A stretch of 64,000 nucleotides of DNA from Candidatus Borrarchaeum weybense (GTDB lineage: Archaea; Asgardarchaeota; Sifarchaeia; Borrarchaeales; Borrarchaeaceae): contig JAHQJS010000006.1 in NCBI GenBank assembly GCA_019057385.1, positions 613,038 through 677,037 of the forward strand, in the 5' to 3' direction. Position 1 is the stretch's first letter. Each line of letters opens with the position of its first letter. The notes beneath the pieces are model-generated. The model made no database searches. It was not told the DNA's origin and was given only the letters and a program-made list of their open reading frames with translations. Positions 37,333 to 48,086 of this stretch are shown piece by piece. Position numbers and translations under genes: made by a program.

Positions 37333-37731
37333 TCACTTCCATTTCTCTAAATCTCCGCTGAATTCCAAACTCGTCCAATCTAACCAATCCCTGAGTTTTT
37401 GATGTCTCTTAGCGATATGCGTTTCACATTTAATGAACTTGCTTCCGTACCGATCCTCAGCGCATGGTTCATTACAGCCTGGTTCTCTGCAAATATCGGG
37501 CATGTTTAACAAGGCGAATCCTATTGTAATATTGACCAAGCAGTCTTGATTGTCACACTCATATTGACATACGTTGTAAAATGTGTCAATAAGTTCTTCT
37601 ACAGACATACCGAGTAATATTGCGTCCAGTAGCCTCTCGGGGTGTATATCCCAGTCTTCGAGATTTTTTACTACAGAGTCAATTACGTCAATCATTGACT
37701 CACCTTCAACTTCATTAAACCTAAAACTCAA
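37333..37731 (-). CDS. Cys-rich hypothetical protein
   Basis: ORF with several Cys/His pairs; GGTGA RBS before an internal ATG. Confidence 0.65.
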   Translation of the reverse strand: MSFRFNEVEGESMIDVIDSVVKNLEDWDIHPERLLDAILLGMSVEELIDTFYNVCQYECDNQDCLVNITIGFALLNMPDICREPGCNEPCAEDRYGSKFIKCETHIAKRHQKLRDWLDWTSLEFSGDLEKWK

Positions 37732-37846
37732 GTCCTAAAACTTGGTTACTAATTTATACAAGAAAACTATATAAACTTGGTGTCATTAGTGAGAAATATG
37801 GGAACAGTGCCACTATTTACACGGATAATAGAGTAGGTGAGTTCAG

Positions 37847-38005
37847 ATGGCAAAAGCATACACAAACAAAATTGGTGCTAAAAAGCGTGTTAGTTTACCA
37901 GATGAAGTCATGGACGCATTAGAGGCTAAAATAGGCGATACACTTGTGTTTGAAGTCTATGAAAATAATGAAGTAAAAATCAGGGTTCTAAAAGTCGAAG
38001 GATAA
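37847..38005 (+). CDS. 52-aa AbrB/SpoVT-family regulator (below ORF-track cutoff)
   Basis: MAKAYTNKIGAKKRVSLPDEVMDALEAKIGDTLVF; AGGTGA RBS. Confidence 0.8.
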   Translation: MAKAYTNKIGAKKRVSLPDEVMDALEAKIGDTLVFEVYENNEVKIRVLKVEG

Positions 38006-38049
38006 GTGGTGCTTTCCCACTATGAACCAATACCCATGGAAGTGAGTGA

Positions 38050-38232
38050 ATGGCTCAAAAAAGTGAGAAAGTTTCACCTACAGACAACTGTAGGGTATGT
38101 GGAAATAAAAACGTTTCTCCCTTAGGTCTGTGTGAGGAATGTCACGACATCTTTACTGTAGTTGTCGTTGACTGCATACAGAACTATCAGGACGCCAAAC
38201 AAAATGCGAAGAGGGTTATGGCTTCACTGTAA
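38050..38232 (+). CDS. Small zinc-finger protein
   Basis: CRVC...CEEC. Confidence 0.65.
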   Translation: MAQKSEKVSPTDNCRVCGNKNVSPLGLCEECHDIFTVVVVDCIQNYQDAKQNAKRVMASL

Positions 38233-38259
38233 CTTTCTTCCGTTCTTTTTTTGATTGAT

Positions 38260-38313
38260 TGTTCGTGACTACTTAGGTAGTTAGGATGTTCGTGACTACT
38301 TAGGTAGTTAGGA
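38260..38313 (+). repeat. Exact 27-bp tandem duplication containing TACTTAGGTA
   Basis: TGTTCGTGACTACTTAGGTAGTTAGGA x2. Confidence 0.92.
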
Positions 38314-38410
38314 TTAGTGATTTCAAGAATTTGAAAATTTTGAAACTACTATCTAAGTAGAGGGATAAACTTATTTTGGAAATCCTGTGATATTTATAGG
38401 GGATGATTAG

Positions 38411-39595
38411 ATGCACCCCAGAACTAATGCTTCTGTTTTGACATTAATTGTTTTTGTGATCATTTCAGTGGTTATTCTCGTCTTAACTTTGAGTGTTGGG
38501 TTGTCTCTACCTCAGATTTTCGATATATTTCCTAAACTCATCTCTATATTTGCGTTTGTACTTGCATTTCTCGCCTTATATTATGCGCACTTAAAGGGGC
38601 CCGATATTGATCTGATTAACCAAAAAGAAATAAAATTCGAGTTAGTTGATATAAGTGATGACCCTAAAGAAATTCGGAACAAAAGCAATATTACAAGATC
38701 ATTACGGTTACAGCCTTTTACCTTAATTTTTGTTAATGAAGGAAGTAGAACAGGAGTTATTAAAAGATTAAAACTAACTTTCACACAAAGCAATGAGTTT
38801 AGTTCGTTCTATGTTAAGTTAGACCCTTCGTTTAAGAACCCTGATGTATCAGAAACTAAAACACCATTCCCTATTAAAAATGGCGAAGTTCGTCTTGTAA
38901 ACCTGGCGACTCGTATAGAAATTAAGAACTTTGATTCAGTTAAAGAAATAAATCTACCGAACAATATTGAAGATGCGGATGTTATCGCATTTATCAAGGA
39001 AGTAAATACGGCTAATAAAAGAAACCTTGAAGCTTTTATTAGTTTTCTCAGACGTCGTATGACTTTAGGGAGATGTTCTCTTCAGTGGAGTACTACGAAT
39101 CGTGAAGAAGAGACTGAATTAGATGTGACAGGCACCTATAATCAGATAATTGAGTGGTATAATAGTGCACTTCAAAAATATGACGAATTGCCCCCATCAG
39201 TTATTAAAAGAATAGACGATGTGAAAGAATTTCTAAAATCTCGTATCAGTACGTTAGAAAATAATTTGGACTATATTCGGGATTTTGAGAAGAGTCCACC
39301 TCTTGATCTACTTTTCAATAAACATAGATCCGAGGGATATTATCTCGTTTTAAAGTGGAAAAACAAATTAATAGGCGATCTTGAGAGCCTTAATACGTAT
39401 TTTATAAAATTTAATGATAAGCGAAGCGAATATTTTAGACGAGGACGTGACGAAATAATGAAACGACACCTTTTCAAAGATCTAGAAGAACAAAAAAACG
39501 AATTAGAGCCACAAATAAATGAGATACTGAAAGAATTAAAAGAAACTCACGATGCAATCCTTCACTCATTAAAACAATTGGAAATTAAAAAATAA
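38411..39595 (+). CDS. Cargo membrane protein (two N-terminal TM, C-terminal coiled coil)
   Basis: 394-aa ORF. Confidence 0.75.
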   Translation: MHPRTNASVLTLIVFVIISVVILVLTLSVGLSLPQIFDIFPKLISIFAFVLAFLALYYAHLKGPDIDLINQKEIKFELVDISDDPKEIRNKSNITRSLRLQPFTLIFVNEGSRTGVIKRLKLTFTQSNEFSSFYVKLDPSFKNPDVSETKTPFPIKNGEVRLVNLATRIEIKNFDSVKEINLPNNIEDADVIAFIKEVNTANKRNLEAFISFLRRRMTLGRCSLQWSTTNREEETELDVTGTYNQIIEWYNSALQKYDELPPSVIKRIDDVKEFLKSRISTLENNLDYIRDFEKSPPLDLLFNKHRSEGYYLVLKWKNKLIGDLESLNTYFIKFNDKRSEYFRRGRDEIMKRHLFKDLEEQKNELEPQINEILKELKETHDAILHSLKQLEIKK

Positions 39596-39791
39596 AACGT
39601 CTAAAGCGGAGATATTACACATAACATTGTAGAACAATTAATTCTAGAGGCACATAAAACCAATTTGAAAATTTTGAATTTGGTCGTTTTCTTACACAAA
39701 AAAGAGGTGTAAGGGGATTGTAAGAGAAAAGAGGTGTATGGCAAACAAAATCCTTCCTATGTACAAAACCCTTATTTTTAAGGGGATGTTC

Positions 39792-40076
39792 TCACCCATG
39801 CCTTTGTGTACGATCCTCATTTACTCCATGCTGGGAATGGTTCACTTCTGAGGAATAATGCAAAAAAGTTTTCTGCAGGTCTTCTTTTGAATACCACCCG
39901 GATTCGTAGGCCTCCACAGCTATATGGAGTAACTCAACTTTGGCGATGTTGTTTTCGTGATTGCCTTGTTCGTCAACATTATTCCAATAGAGAGAGAAAC
40001 AATCCTTAATGGTAGAAAGAGGGACTCCTCCTTGTAGGAATTTATTCAATTCGTTACATAATTCCGAATAGTGCAT
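39792..40076 (-). CDS. Hypothetical protein
   Basis: 94 aa, GGAGG-rich RBS. Confidence 0.6.
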   Translation of the reverse strand: MHYSELCNELNKFLQGGVPLSTIKDCFSLYWNNVDEQGNHENNIAKVELLHIAVEAYESGWYSKEDLQKTFLHYSSEVNHSQHGVNEDRTQRHG

Positions 40077-40352
40077 GTCGTTCTCCCTTCCTCCTATGTT
40101 TCCAGTCTACGAATGTGTAGACCACGATCTAGTGCCCCAGCTTCGAGTGCGAATAGCAACTCTCTACCTGTCGACCATTACAACTGCTACCACTAAAAAG
40201 TCTTGAAAGTATGATAGTTCTTCTTTGAAAGAGTGTCTTAACTTCAGAGATTCTGTTTCGTCGTATGAACGATGTATTTACTTATTTATGTAATAGAACA
40301 CGCTTGTCGGTGTCTTAAATAGTTTGTAGAAAAATTCTACGCATATTCTAAG

Positions 40353-40462
40353 ATGGTACAAAAAGAGAAGTGTACCATTCGCGAAGTGAAGCAATTCGAG
40401 TGGCTGTTAGAGACCTGTTGAAGCGCGAAGTTTGGGAGAAGGGTGCGCCTCCAAGTTCCTGA
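40353..40462 (+). pseudogene. CopG/RHH regulator remnant
   Basis: Frame reads VYHSRSEAIRVAVRDLLKREVW, with an upstream in-frame stop and no N-terminal strand. Confidence 0.6.
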
Positions 40463-40781
40463 CTTTTTCTAACAATTTATTTTTCTTAATTAATAATGGA
40501 TTCTCTGTAGAGGAGTTTATACATGATGACAGCCAAATTATTTCATTTAAATGTGGAACTGGAAAAGTTACGCCAATAATACTACCATATTCAACACCAG
40601 GATAACAATTTTACAAAAAAAGCAAAGTTTTTTTATAAATTGATATTTGCCTATAAATATTAGTTACGGTCTATTATTCCTTAAGACCGAGATATGACAT
40701 TGGTTATATTGCCAATGAGTTTAACAAGTTTGCTTAGCTTAAAATCCAAATAAATGAATAATTTGGCTTGTCAGTTGTTAT

Positions 40782-42647
40782 GTGAGTTATCCTGCAATTA
40801 AAGGATGTGAAAAAGTGTCGGAAAGAAAGACAACAGATGATGATGATGAGGAATTAGAAGTAATTCCTGCAGGTAAAATAAAGTGTTTCATTACAGGTAA
40901 ATTAAGAAAAGACACACCAGAAGAGAGAATACGACAAGATGTAGCTAGAAGTCTTGTAGAAGAGTATGGTTATGAAAAAAGTGATATTGAAGTCGAATTC
41001 TCTGTTAAAATGGGACGTGCAAGGAAGCGAGCAGATATTGTAATCTTTTATGAAAAGAAGGCTCACACCCAAGAAAACGCTTATATAATTATCGAAGTAA
41101 AAACGGAAAAAGTGAAGCCATCAGATAGAAAAGAGGGAATAAACCAACTTAAGACTTATGTGGCAGCTTGTCTTAATTGTTCATTTGCACTTTGGGTAGG
41201 TAACGAGAGATTAGCGTTTAAAATTATAAAAGTGAAAGGAAAAAGAGATATTGAGGAAATCTCTGATATACCTAAAAGAGGAGAAACAACTGCTCCCAGA
41301 TACACAAAAGGAACACTCGTCCCTGCAGTGGAATTAAAGCAGGTGTTTAAGCGAACTCACAATTATATTTATGCCAATCAAGGTCTCCAAAAGGATAAGG
41401 CCTTTGAAGAGTTACAAAAACTCATTTTCATAAAAGTTTATGACGAACAATATAGTCCGCGATTGCAGTTTTACATCTCAGATGATGAAGAAACCTCTGA
41501 TCTGAGGGAGCGATTAACTGAAGTTTTCAAGAAGGTGCAAAGCCGTTATAAATATATCTTTAAGGGCGACGAAAAAATAGAATTGAATGATACTATACTT
41601 AGATATATTGCGAAAGAACTACAAAGATTTAGTCTTGTAGAGACGGAGACGGATATAAAAGGCGAAGCGTACGAAGAAATAGTAGGTCCTAATTTAAGGG
41701 GGGACAGAGGAGAATTTTTTACAGCAAGAAATGTTTGCAAAATGACCATAGGAATGCTCTTTTCGCTGTTTCCTGAAGAAAAAGTAACAAGCCCTGGTGC
41801 ATTAAAACTCCTTGATCCTGCTGTAGGAACAGGAGGTTTTTTAATAGCGAGTGTACAAAAGATAAAACAGTTAACGGAAAAACGTGGATTCAAATATGAT
41901 CGATTGAGGGACTTAGTTAGAGAAGTATCAAATACTAACCTTTTTGGTATAGATTTTAATCCATTCTTAGTAAAGGTTGCCCAGATGAACATGGTTATGC
42001 ATGGAGATGGTTCCGCAAACATATTTCAAACTAATTCTCTTGAAAATCCATCCAACTGGAGAGATGATGTGAAGAATGCAATTAAATTTGAAGAATTTGA
42101 TATAGTCGTAACTAATCCTCCATTTGGTACTCAAGCATTAATAGACAACACTGATATACTGGATCAATATGAATTAACCAAAATTGACGCGAAATCTCCA
42201 AGAACATCACTTCCACCAGAACAATTGTTTATCGAACGATGCTTGGATTTCCTGAAACCAGGTGGTTTTTTGGGAATAGTTCTTCCCGATAGTATTTTGA
42301 GCAATCCTGGGCTAACATGGATCAGAAAATGGATACTTAAAAAAACTTACATGATTGCAAGCGTAGATTTGCCAGGAGAAACTTTTGAGCCCCATACTGG
42401 AACGCAAACAAGCATTCTTATACTGAAAAAGAAAAAAACAGAGCAAGAAAAAATAACAGAGGATTATGAGGCTTTTATGGCGCTACCTGAAAAAGTAGGC
42501 CACGACCGAAGAGGCAATCCATTGATAAAAACTACACCAGATGGAAAGAGAATATTAGATACTAATAATAACCCTGTACTTGATGATCATCTTCCCATAG
42601 TAACTCAAAAATTTGAAGAGTGGGTTAGAAGGAAGGGAATGGCATAA
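40782..42647 (+). CDS. N6-adenine methyltransferase with N-terminal HsdR_N-like nuclease domain (fused R-M subunit)
   Basis: RADIV...IIEVK; GEFFT; LDPAVGTGGFL; NPPF. Confidence 0.9.
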   Translation: MSYPAIKGCEKVSERKTTDDDDEELEVIPAGKIKCFITGKLRKDTPEERIRQDVARSLVEEYGYEKSDIEVEFSVKMGRARKRADIVIFYEKKAHTQENAYIIIEVKTEKVKPSDRKEGINQLKTYVAACLNCSFALWVGNERLAFKIIKVKGKRDIEEISDIPKRGETTAPRYTKGTLVPAVELKQVFKRTHNYIYANQGLQKDKAFEELQKLIFIKVYDEQYSPRLQFYISDDEETSDLRERLTEVFKKVQSRYKYIFKGDEKIELNDTILRYIAKELQRFSLVETETDIKGEAYEEIVGPNLRGDRGEFFTARNVCKMTIGMLFSLFPEEKVTSPGALKLLDPAVGTGGFLIASVQKIKQLTEKRGFKYDRLRDLVREVSNTNLFGIDFNPFLVKVAQMNMVMHGDGSANIFQTNSLENPSNWRDDVKNAIKFEEFDIVVTNPPFGTQALIDNTDILDQYELTKIDAKSPRTSLPPEQLFIERCLDFLKPGGFLGIVLPDSILSNPGLTWIRKWILKKTYMIASVDLPGETFEPHTGTQTSILILKKKKTEQEKITEDYEAFMALPEKVGHDRRGNPLIKTTPDGKRILDTNNNPVLDDHLPIVTQKFEEWVRRKGMA

Positions 42648-44058
42648 AATGGAAAATGGTAACCCAATTATCTTTGAAGTAGAATCCCAATGGTTAATGG
42701 AAGATGAGATGAGGCTTAACGCCTCTTCATTTTCTCCAGATGCTGCCAAAGCCTTGGTGTTGATTGATGAATTAAAGAGTAAAGGTGTAAACATCGCTGT
42801 AGTCGATAATATTGTAAAGGATGTCTTCTATCCCACAAGGTTTAAAAGAATATACGCAAAAGAAGGAACAAGTTTTTTATCATCTAAGGATATTTTTGAT
42901 CTAGTACAAGTAGGTAAAAGGATAAAAAACGCAACAGAAGAATACCTAATAAAGCCCAACTGGATTTTAGTAACACGATCTGGAAGCGTTGGAAGAGTTT
43001 TAATTTCAAATAAATATATCAGCAAGGCAGCTATCTCAGAACACGTAATAAGGGTTGTCCCCGATAAAAATACGCCTATAGGTTATCTTTATGGCTATTT
43101 ACTCTCAACAATAGGACAATCACTATTAATCAAGAATATTTTTGGTGGTGTTGTTGATGAAATTGAACCCCATCATATAAAATCAATTCCTATCCCTAGA
43201 ATCCAAGAATTAGAAGAAAAAATAAATCAGAAAATCCTTGATGTTTGTAAATTAAGGGAAGAAGCACAAAAGCACCTTTTAAAGGTAGAAAAAATGTTAT
43301 ACGCAGAGTTAGGGTTGCCAGAACTGAAGAGGGAGGAGGTTGAATATTTTGGTGGAGAGGACGGCAGAATTATTAGAAGTTTTGAGATCAAAGCAAGCGA
43401 ACTAGACTTACGTTTAGATGCTTCCTATCACTTGCCATTATTTCATTTAGCGATGCAAAAATTAAGAAACGTAAAATCAGGAATTTTCAGAAGGTTAAAA
43501 GATGTTGCTAATTCATTTGTTCCACCAAGGTTTAAAAGAGCGTACGTTAAAGATATGTCCAAAGGTATTCCTTTACTTCAAGGAACACACATCCCCCAAA
43601 TAAAACCCCTGGATATTAAGTATCTGTGGAAAAAGATGAAAAATTTAGAAAAATATATTGTCAAAAAAAATTGGATTCTTTTAACTAGTTCAGGAACTAT
43701 TGGAAGACTTTCACTAGTTAGAAATCAATGGGATGGATGGACTTCAACAAATCACCTTTTAAGGATTATACCCAATGAAAGAGAAATACATCCTGGTTAT
43801 CTAACTGCTTTTTTACATAGTACTTACGGACAAATTCAATTTCAACGATTGATCTATGGTGGTGTTGTTGATGAAATTGGAGAGGCAGGAGAACTATTCA
43901 ATGATGTCCTAATATTAAAGCCCAATGATGAAAATATTGAGAAGAAGATTGGCAAACTTGTTTTTGAGGCTTATGACAAAAGAGATAAAGCAAATCGAAT
44001 TGAACACAAAGCAATAAAACTACTTGAAAAAAGACTAGAAGAGCTTGCTAAGGGATAA
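42613..44058 (+). CDS. Type I-like specificity (S) subunit with two TRD repeats
   Basis: Duplicated RL(N/D)AS...RFKR...NWIL.T.SG..GR...GGVVDEI. Confidence 0.88.
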   Translation: MKSGLEGREWHKMENGNPIIFEVESQWLMEDEMRLNASSFSPDAAKALVLIDELKSKGVNIAVVDNIVKDVFYPTRFKRIYAKEGTSFLSSKDIFDLVQVGKRIKNATEEYLIKPNWILVTRSGSVGRVLISNKYISKAAISEHVIRVVPDKNTPIGYLYGYLLSTIGQSLLIKNIFGGVVDEIEPHHIKSIPIPRIQELEEKINQKILDVCKLREEAQKHLLKVEKMLYAELGLPELKREEVEYFGGEDGRIIRSFEIKASELDLRLDASYHLPLFHLAMQKLRNVKSGIFRRLKDVANSFVPPRFKRAYVKDMSKGIPLLQGTHIPQIKPLDIKYLWKKMKNLEKYIVKKNWILLTSSGTIGRLSLVRNQWDGWTSTNHLLRIIPNEREIHPGYLTAFLHSTYGQIQFQRLIYGGVVDEIGEAGELFNDVLILKPNDENIEKKIGKLVFEAYDKRDKANRIEHKAIKLLEKRLEELAKG

Positions 44059-44622
44059 AGGCAATAGTCTATCTGAAAAGACTAAAAGACTAAAAGATTT
44101 AAAATCCTCCCTGACACCCCCAGGTAAACATAGGGGTAGAATTTTGCATTTTTTTGCCTGAAAGGCGATTTCCCCCTCACTAAGGTTTTTTAACCCCTTC
44201 TGTTCCAATTTTTGGTCTCAATTTCACTCATCTCTCATATAGTATTTTTATCGGAGATGTTTTATTGGAAATTGTTGGAGAGATACTGATATGAAATGAG
44301 TCGGAAGCAGTACAGGTCACACGCGATGTCGAGTATATTCAGGACATACTTATTGTGCTGGGAATATCGTGTGTGCTGGTGCTCATCTACGTTATGTATC
44401 ATTTTAAAAGTACTTAGGTACTGATGAACATTCTCAAACAAAACTTCTTAAGAAATAACTTTGTTAGTAGTACGTGGTGAACTAAATGGGAAACCGTGAA
44501 GAATTGACCAAAAGTTTGAGAGAGGCAGTTGCAAGAGTTAAAGCATTATCACCAGAAGAGATGGCAGAACGAGGCAAGAAAGCGACATTAGCATTTATGA
44601 AACTACGCAAGGAGGGTGTTAT

Positions 44623-44838
44623 TTGAACGAAAATGAGCGTAGAGAAGCATGCGCACTTTTAAATCGGATTGAAGCAACCCAATTTCGTAATCTCGCTAAT
44701 GCTTGGGAGGACGGCCAATTAGAACAATTCTGGAGTACAGTCTCGGGTTTGCAGCGGATTTCAGAAGTAGAAGAACGGGTCTGCAAGAACGTAGAGGGGT
44801 ATATATGCCTCGTAAATAATCTCCCCAGTCAAGAGTGA
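44623..44838 (+). CDS. Hypothetical protein
   Basis: GGAGGGTG RBS. Confidence 0.6.
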   Translation: MNENERREACALLNRIEATQFRNLANAWEDGQLEQFWSTVSGLQRISEVEERVCKNVEGYICLVNNLPSQE

Positions 44839-44940
44839 ACTGAGTTTAATTTCTTTTTGTCTAATTTCTCTTTTTTCTTATTACCTAAGTAGTCATATAC
44901 TAAAAACCAAAAACTAAGACATAAAACTTAAATATTAAGT

Positions 44941-45016
44941 TTGTTATTACAAGTGTAATAACAAAGTAGTAAGTTGTGATAACGAAATAGTTCCTGGTCC
45001 AGAATTGTTATCACAA
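44941..45016. promoter_or_regulatory. Operator array, four TTGTNATNACAA-type boxes
   Basis: Boxes at 44941, 44953, 44974, 45005; shares the TGGTCC-AATTGT spacer with 5926-5981. Confidence 0.8.
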
Positions 45017-45031
45017 ATTGGGGTGTATATT

Positions 45032-45328
45032 TTGAGACGTAAATGGGGCGAAAAGGACAGTTATATCAATTTTCGGATAGAACAAGAAAAGAAAAAAGCT
45101 TGGAAAGATGAGGTAGAGGACGATCCTAAAACAAAATCACTAACAGAGTTCATAACCCGCCGTGTAGATTCATACGACAAGTTACGGAGAGGATTCAAAA
45201 TTCTTAACGAGTCGTTAGCAAAATTGCCCCAATCTGCACTGAAAGTCTTAGCAAAAGAACTCTCCGATGAAGAGAGGCAGTTTATAGAACTTATTGAGGA
45301 GGAGTTTTTACATAATGGCACTAAGTAG
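45032..45328 (+). CDS. Ribbon-helix-helix-like protein
   Basis: SYINFRIEQEKKKAWK...SLTEFIT; start revised to the TTG after GGGGTG. Confidence 0.65.
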   Translation: MRRKWGEKDSYINFRIEQEKKKAWKDEVEDDPKTKSLTEFITRRVDSYDKLRRGFKILNESLAKLPQSALKVLAKELSDEERQFIELIEEEFLHNGTK

Positions 45329-45821
45329 GGCATTAAAAGAGGCGGAAGAATCCGAAGAAGAACCTATTCTGCCACCTGAACTTAAAACTGAACTAAAGGA
45401 TACCATAGAAATAAAAAAGAATGACTTAAAACGATACGAGACTCAAAAAAAAGAACTTAAGAAACTTAAGAAGGATTTAGAACACTACAAAAAACAAGAA
45501 GCCGAACTTGAAACCCTCAAAAAGCAGTTATCGAAATTGGAAACAAAGGCGCAACAAGAGGTAACTTCAGAATTAGAGGATCGAATTAACCACTTGGAGA
45601 CCAAAATAGCAAGTTTATCAAAAATACAGAGGACATCAAAACTAGAGATCCCTCCTTTGGAGGAATTCATATCTTGGCTCAAAGAGAATCGAGGTATTCG
45701 TTCCGCACCCTATATGATTAAGAGATTGACGGGTGAGGGAACGAAACACGGAGAAGCAAAATCAGCGGCAGAAATACGTACTGCATTTGATCTTTTGAGA
45801 GTTATGCTTTCTCAATCCTAA
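45315..45821 (+). CDS. Coiled-coil protein
   Basis: Heptads; GAGGAGGAG RBS before ATG. Confidence 0.75.
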   Translation: MALSRALKEAEESEEEPILPPELKTELKDTIEIKKNDLKRYETQKKELKKLKKDLEHYKKQEAELETLKKQLSKLETKAQQEVTSELEDRINHLETKIASLSKIQRTSKLEIPPLEEFISWLKENRGIRSAPYMIKRLTGEGTKHGEAKSAAEIRTAFDLLRVMLSQS

Positions 45822-46065
45822 TCTCTTTTTCTAATCACATTAATATGATAAATTTTTTATTTTTTCCAAATATTTGTATTAATCTCCTAATTTTGTCGGA
45901 TAGCATCCCACTCCAATTGAGTTTATTATTAAGTATTAGTTCTCAAAATATAACTTTTATGACTCAGTTTTTGTGTATGAGATAAGTTATAATACCTAAA
46001 AACTAAATAATACTAACGTTTATAAATTTTGAACCTTTTAAATGGAACACAGATAGGTATAACGA

Positions 46066-47307
46066 ATGTCATTAGAAAAGATCTTACGAGGAATACTTTC
46101 AAATCAAAAGATACAAAACCTCGGTTTACCTTTGATAAGTTGGATAAAAGACTCAAATAGAAGACGCTCTATTTTCCTAGTACCTATAGGATTAATTAAC
46201 ATTCTAGTTTCAATTCTGACATATCAAAAGTATGTCTTATCACTTGTTTTTTTTCTATGCATTATAATAAGCGTTATTATAATAAGTATTATCTTAACTT
46301 CAGGGGGTCTAAAATATTCAAACACATTAACGAAAAAGGGTTCTTCAGAAAATGTGCTAATGTTTTTGAATATAGGGAAGTATACTTTTCTTGATAGAAT
46401 TACAGAAATAGCACTTAAGCCGTATAGCCTTCTTCTAGGACTACTAATACTCGTTACTTTGTTAAGACAGATAGTAAATCCCTATTATGTGAATATATTT
46501 ATTCCTTACGAATTTTTAGATATATCATTTCATGTTTTGGTAAACATTTTAGTCTTCTCAATGATTCTAATTATGTATTCCACAATTAAAGACCCTTTTA
46601 GACCTAATCCTCAAGAGGGATCCCTCTATTGCCTTTTAGGAATAGATTCTTATTTAGACGATCTAATAAAAGAAACTCCAACACTTCAAAAAACTAAAGT
46701 TGAATGGGATAAGCTCATTGAAGAAAGAGAGAAAAAAGAAAACTCAAATAAAGAAATTAAGCGATTAAAAAAATTCGGAGAGGTTCTTTTCGAGGGAAGA
46801 GAACTCAAATCTGAAGAAGATAAATTGGACTTCGCCACAATTTTTCGCCCCATACTTCTTAGTCAAGCTCTGAAACACCCCTTAAGAGTAAGAAAAAGTC
46901 GAGAAACTGAAAAACATTTCATCCTATTAGAAGAGTTTTATAGATATATGAAGGGATATTTTTCTTTTTTTGACTCATTACTTGACGAAGGAGAGGAATT
47001 CACTAATTGCATTGGAACTATGTATTTAATTATAAGATACGGCAATTTAGAAGAAAGAAAAGAACTATCGTCTCTCCTTTATAAGATTATAGTATATCTA
47101 TTTATGGATATGATCCCTGAAACTTTAGAATGTTTTAGTAAAATAATGGATGCTGCACCAAGACTGAGCAACTTAAAAGGGATTGTTAATACTCACTTTG
47201 AGAAAATCAAGAAAAGACCATGGAAAGAACCGTATACTTCAAGTTCAAATATTTTAACGATCCTTACCTTTATTGGTATGACTATTCTCTCAATTCTACT
47301 GGCATAA
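46066..47307 (+). CDS. Cargo polytopic membrane protein
   Basis: 413 aa, several TM segments, AT-rich. Confidence 0.75.
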   Translation: MSLEKILRGILSNQKIQNLGLPLISWIKDSNRRRSIFLVPIGLINILVSILTYQKYVLSLVFFLCIIISVIIISIILTSGGLKYSNTLTKKGSSENVLMFLNIGKYTFLDRITEIALKPYSLLLGLLILVTLLRQIVNPYYVNIFIPYEFLDISFHVLVNILVFSMILIMYSTIKDPFRPNPQEGSLYCLLGIDSYLDDLIKETPTLQKTKVEWDKLIEEREKKENSNKEIKRLKKFGEVLFEGRELKSEEDKLDFATIFRPILLSQALKHPLRVRKSRETEKHFILLEEFYRYMKGYFSFFDSLLDEGEEFTNCIGTMYLIIRYGNLEERKELSSLLYKIIVYLFMDMIPETLECFSKIMDAAPRLSNLKGIVNTHFEKIKKRPWKEPYTSSSNILTILTFIGMTILSILLA

Positions 47308-47614
47308 AGATAAATACCTGTTAAAGAGGGAGTCCCAATAGGATGAGCATAGGTTGTAATAAATGTAACAAAGTATATTTTTAAATTATTTGAGGTAAAT
47401 TTCTCCTCACATTTTTTGGGAAAATAAAAAAAAGGAGAAAAGTCGGCTTCTTTTACCGTAATCCTTTTGTAGTAAGACGTACAACTGTTGTCTTAGCGCG
47501 AAGCTTATCTATCGAGGGAGTCCCGATGACATTCCTTTTTGGGACGTATCGGGGTGAGGTAGGTAGGCGTGAAACATTTTTTTTAACTACCTTCCTCGGT
47601 GATAGATAAACGCT

Positions 47615-47788
47615 TCAACTCTCTTTCTCTACTGCATCTATAGCGTTGTCTACTATTTTATCTTCGATTTCCTTTTCGAGTGTATCTAATTTTTCTTCTG
47701 TCTTCATTGATTCATCTTTAGTGATTTTTCGTACTAACTTAAGCATATCTGCAAAAGCGAACTGTTTCCCTGTAGTAAATGCGTTTAT
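47615..47788 (-). CDS. 57-aa protein, probable ATA start
   Basis: AAGGAGGTG RBS; (I)NAFTTGKQFAFADMLKLVRK... Confidence 0.5.
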   Translation of the reverse strand: MNAFTTGKQFAFADMLKLVRKITKDESMKTEEKLDTLEKEIEDKIVDNAIDAVEKES

Positions 47789-47954
47789 CTACTCCACCTC
47801 CTTTTAATATATTCGGTTTGCTCTCACAATGAGCTGTACTTGTATTTAAAAAGAGGGAGGCGTCTTTACAACTAAAAAAGTGAAACTATACGTTCAAACG
47901 TATTATACACCCTTACTTGATCAAAACTAAAAAAAGAGAAAGAAACTGAGAGCA

Positions 47955-48086
47955 CCACAGGGGGGGAGTTTTTCAGTCAGCAGGAAAATAGTTCTCTGGA
48001 TTCCCCTAGCAAAGCAGGACTTCGCTAGGGGATCTACTATAACTCCTGTAGAGGATTTCCTGACCGACTTATGAAATCCCCTGTGG
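47955..48086 (-). ncRNA. Structured non-coding RNA candidate (nested helices)
   Basis: CCACAGGGG/CCCCTGTGG, CAGGAAA/TTTCCTG, ATAGT/ACTAT, TCCCCTAGC/GCTAGGGGA; mismatches become G-U pairs on the minus strand; TATA upstream and T-tract downstream on minus. Confidence 0.55.

Noticed and set aside
40095-40200. Possible riboswitch or ribozyme upstream of 39792-40076
   Set aside because: Only one clear short hairpin (GTCTAC/GTAGAC); no recognisable consensus.
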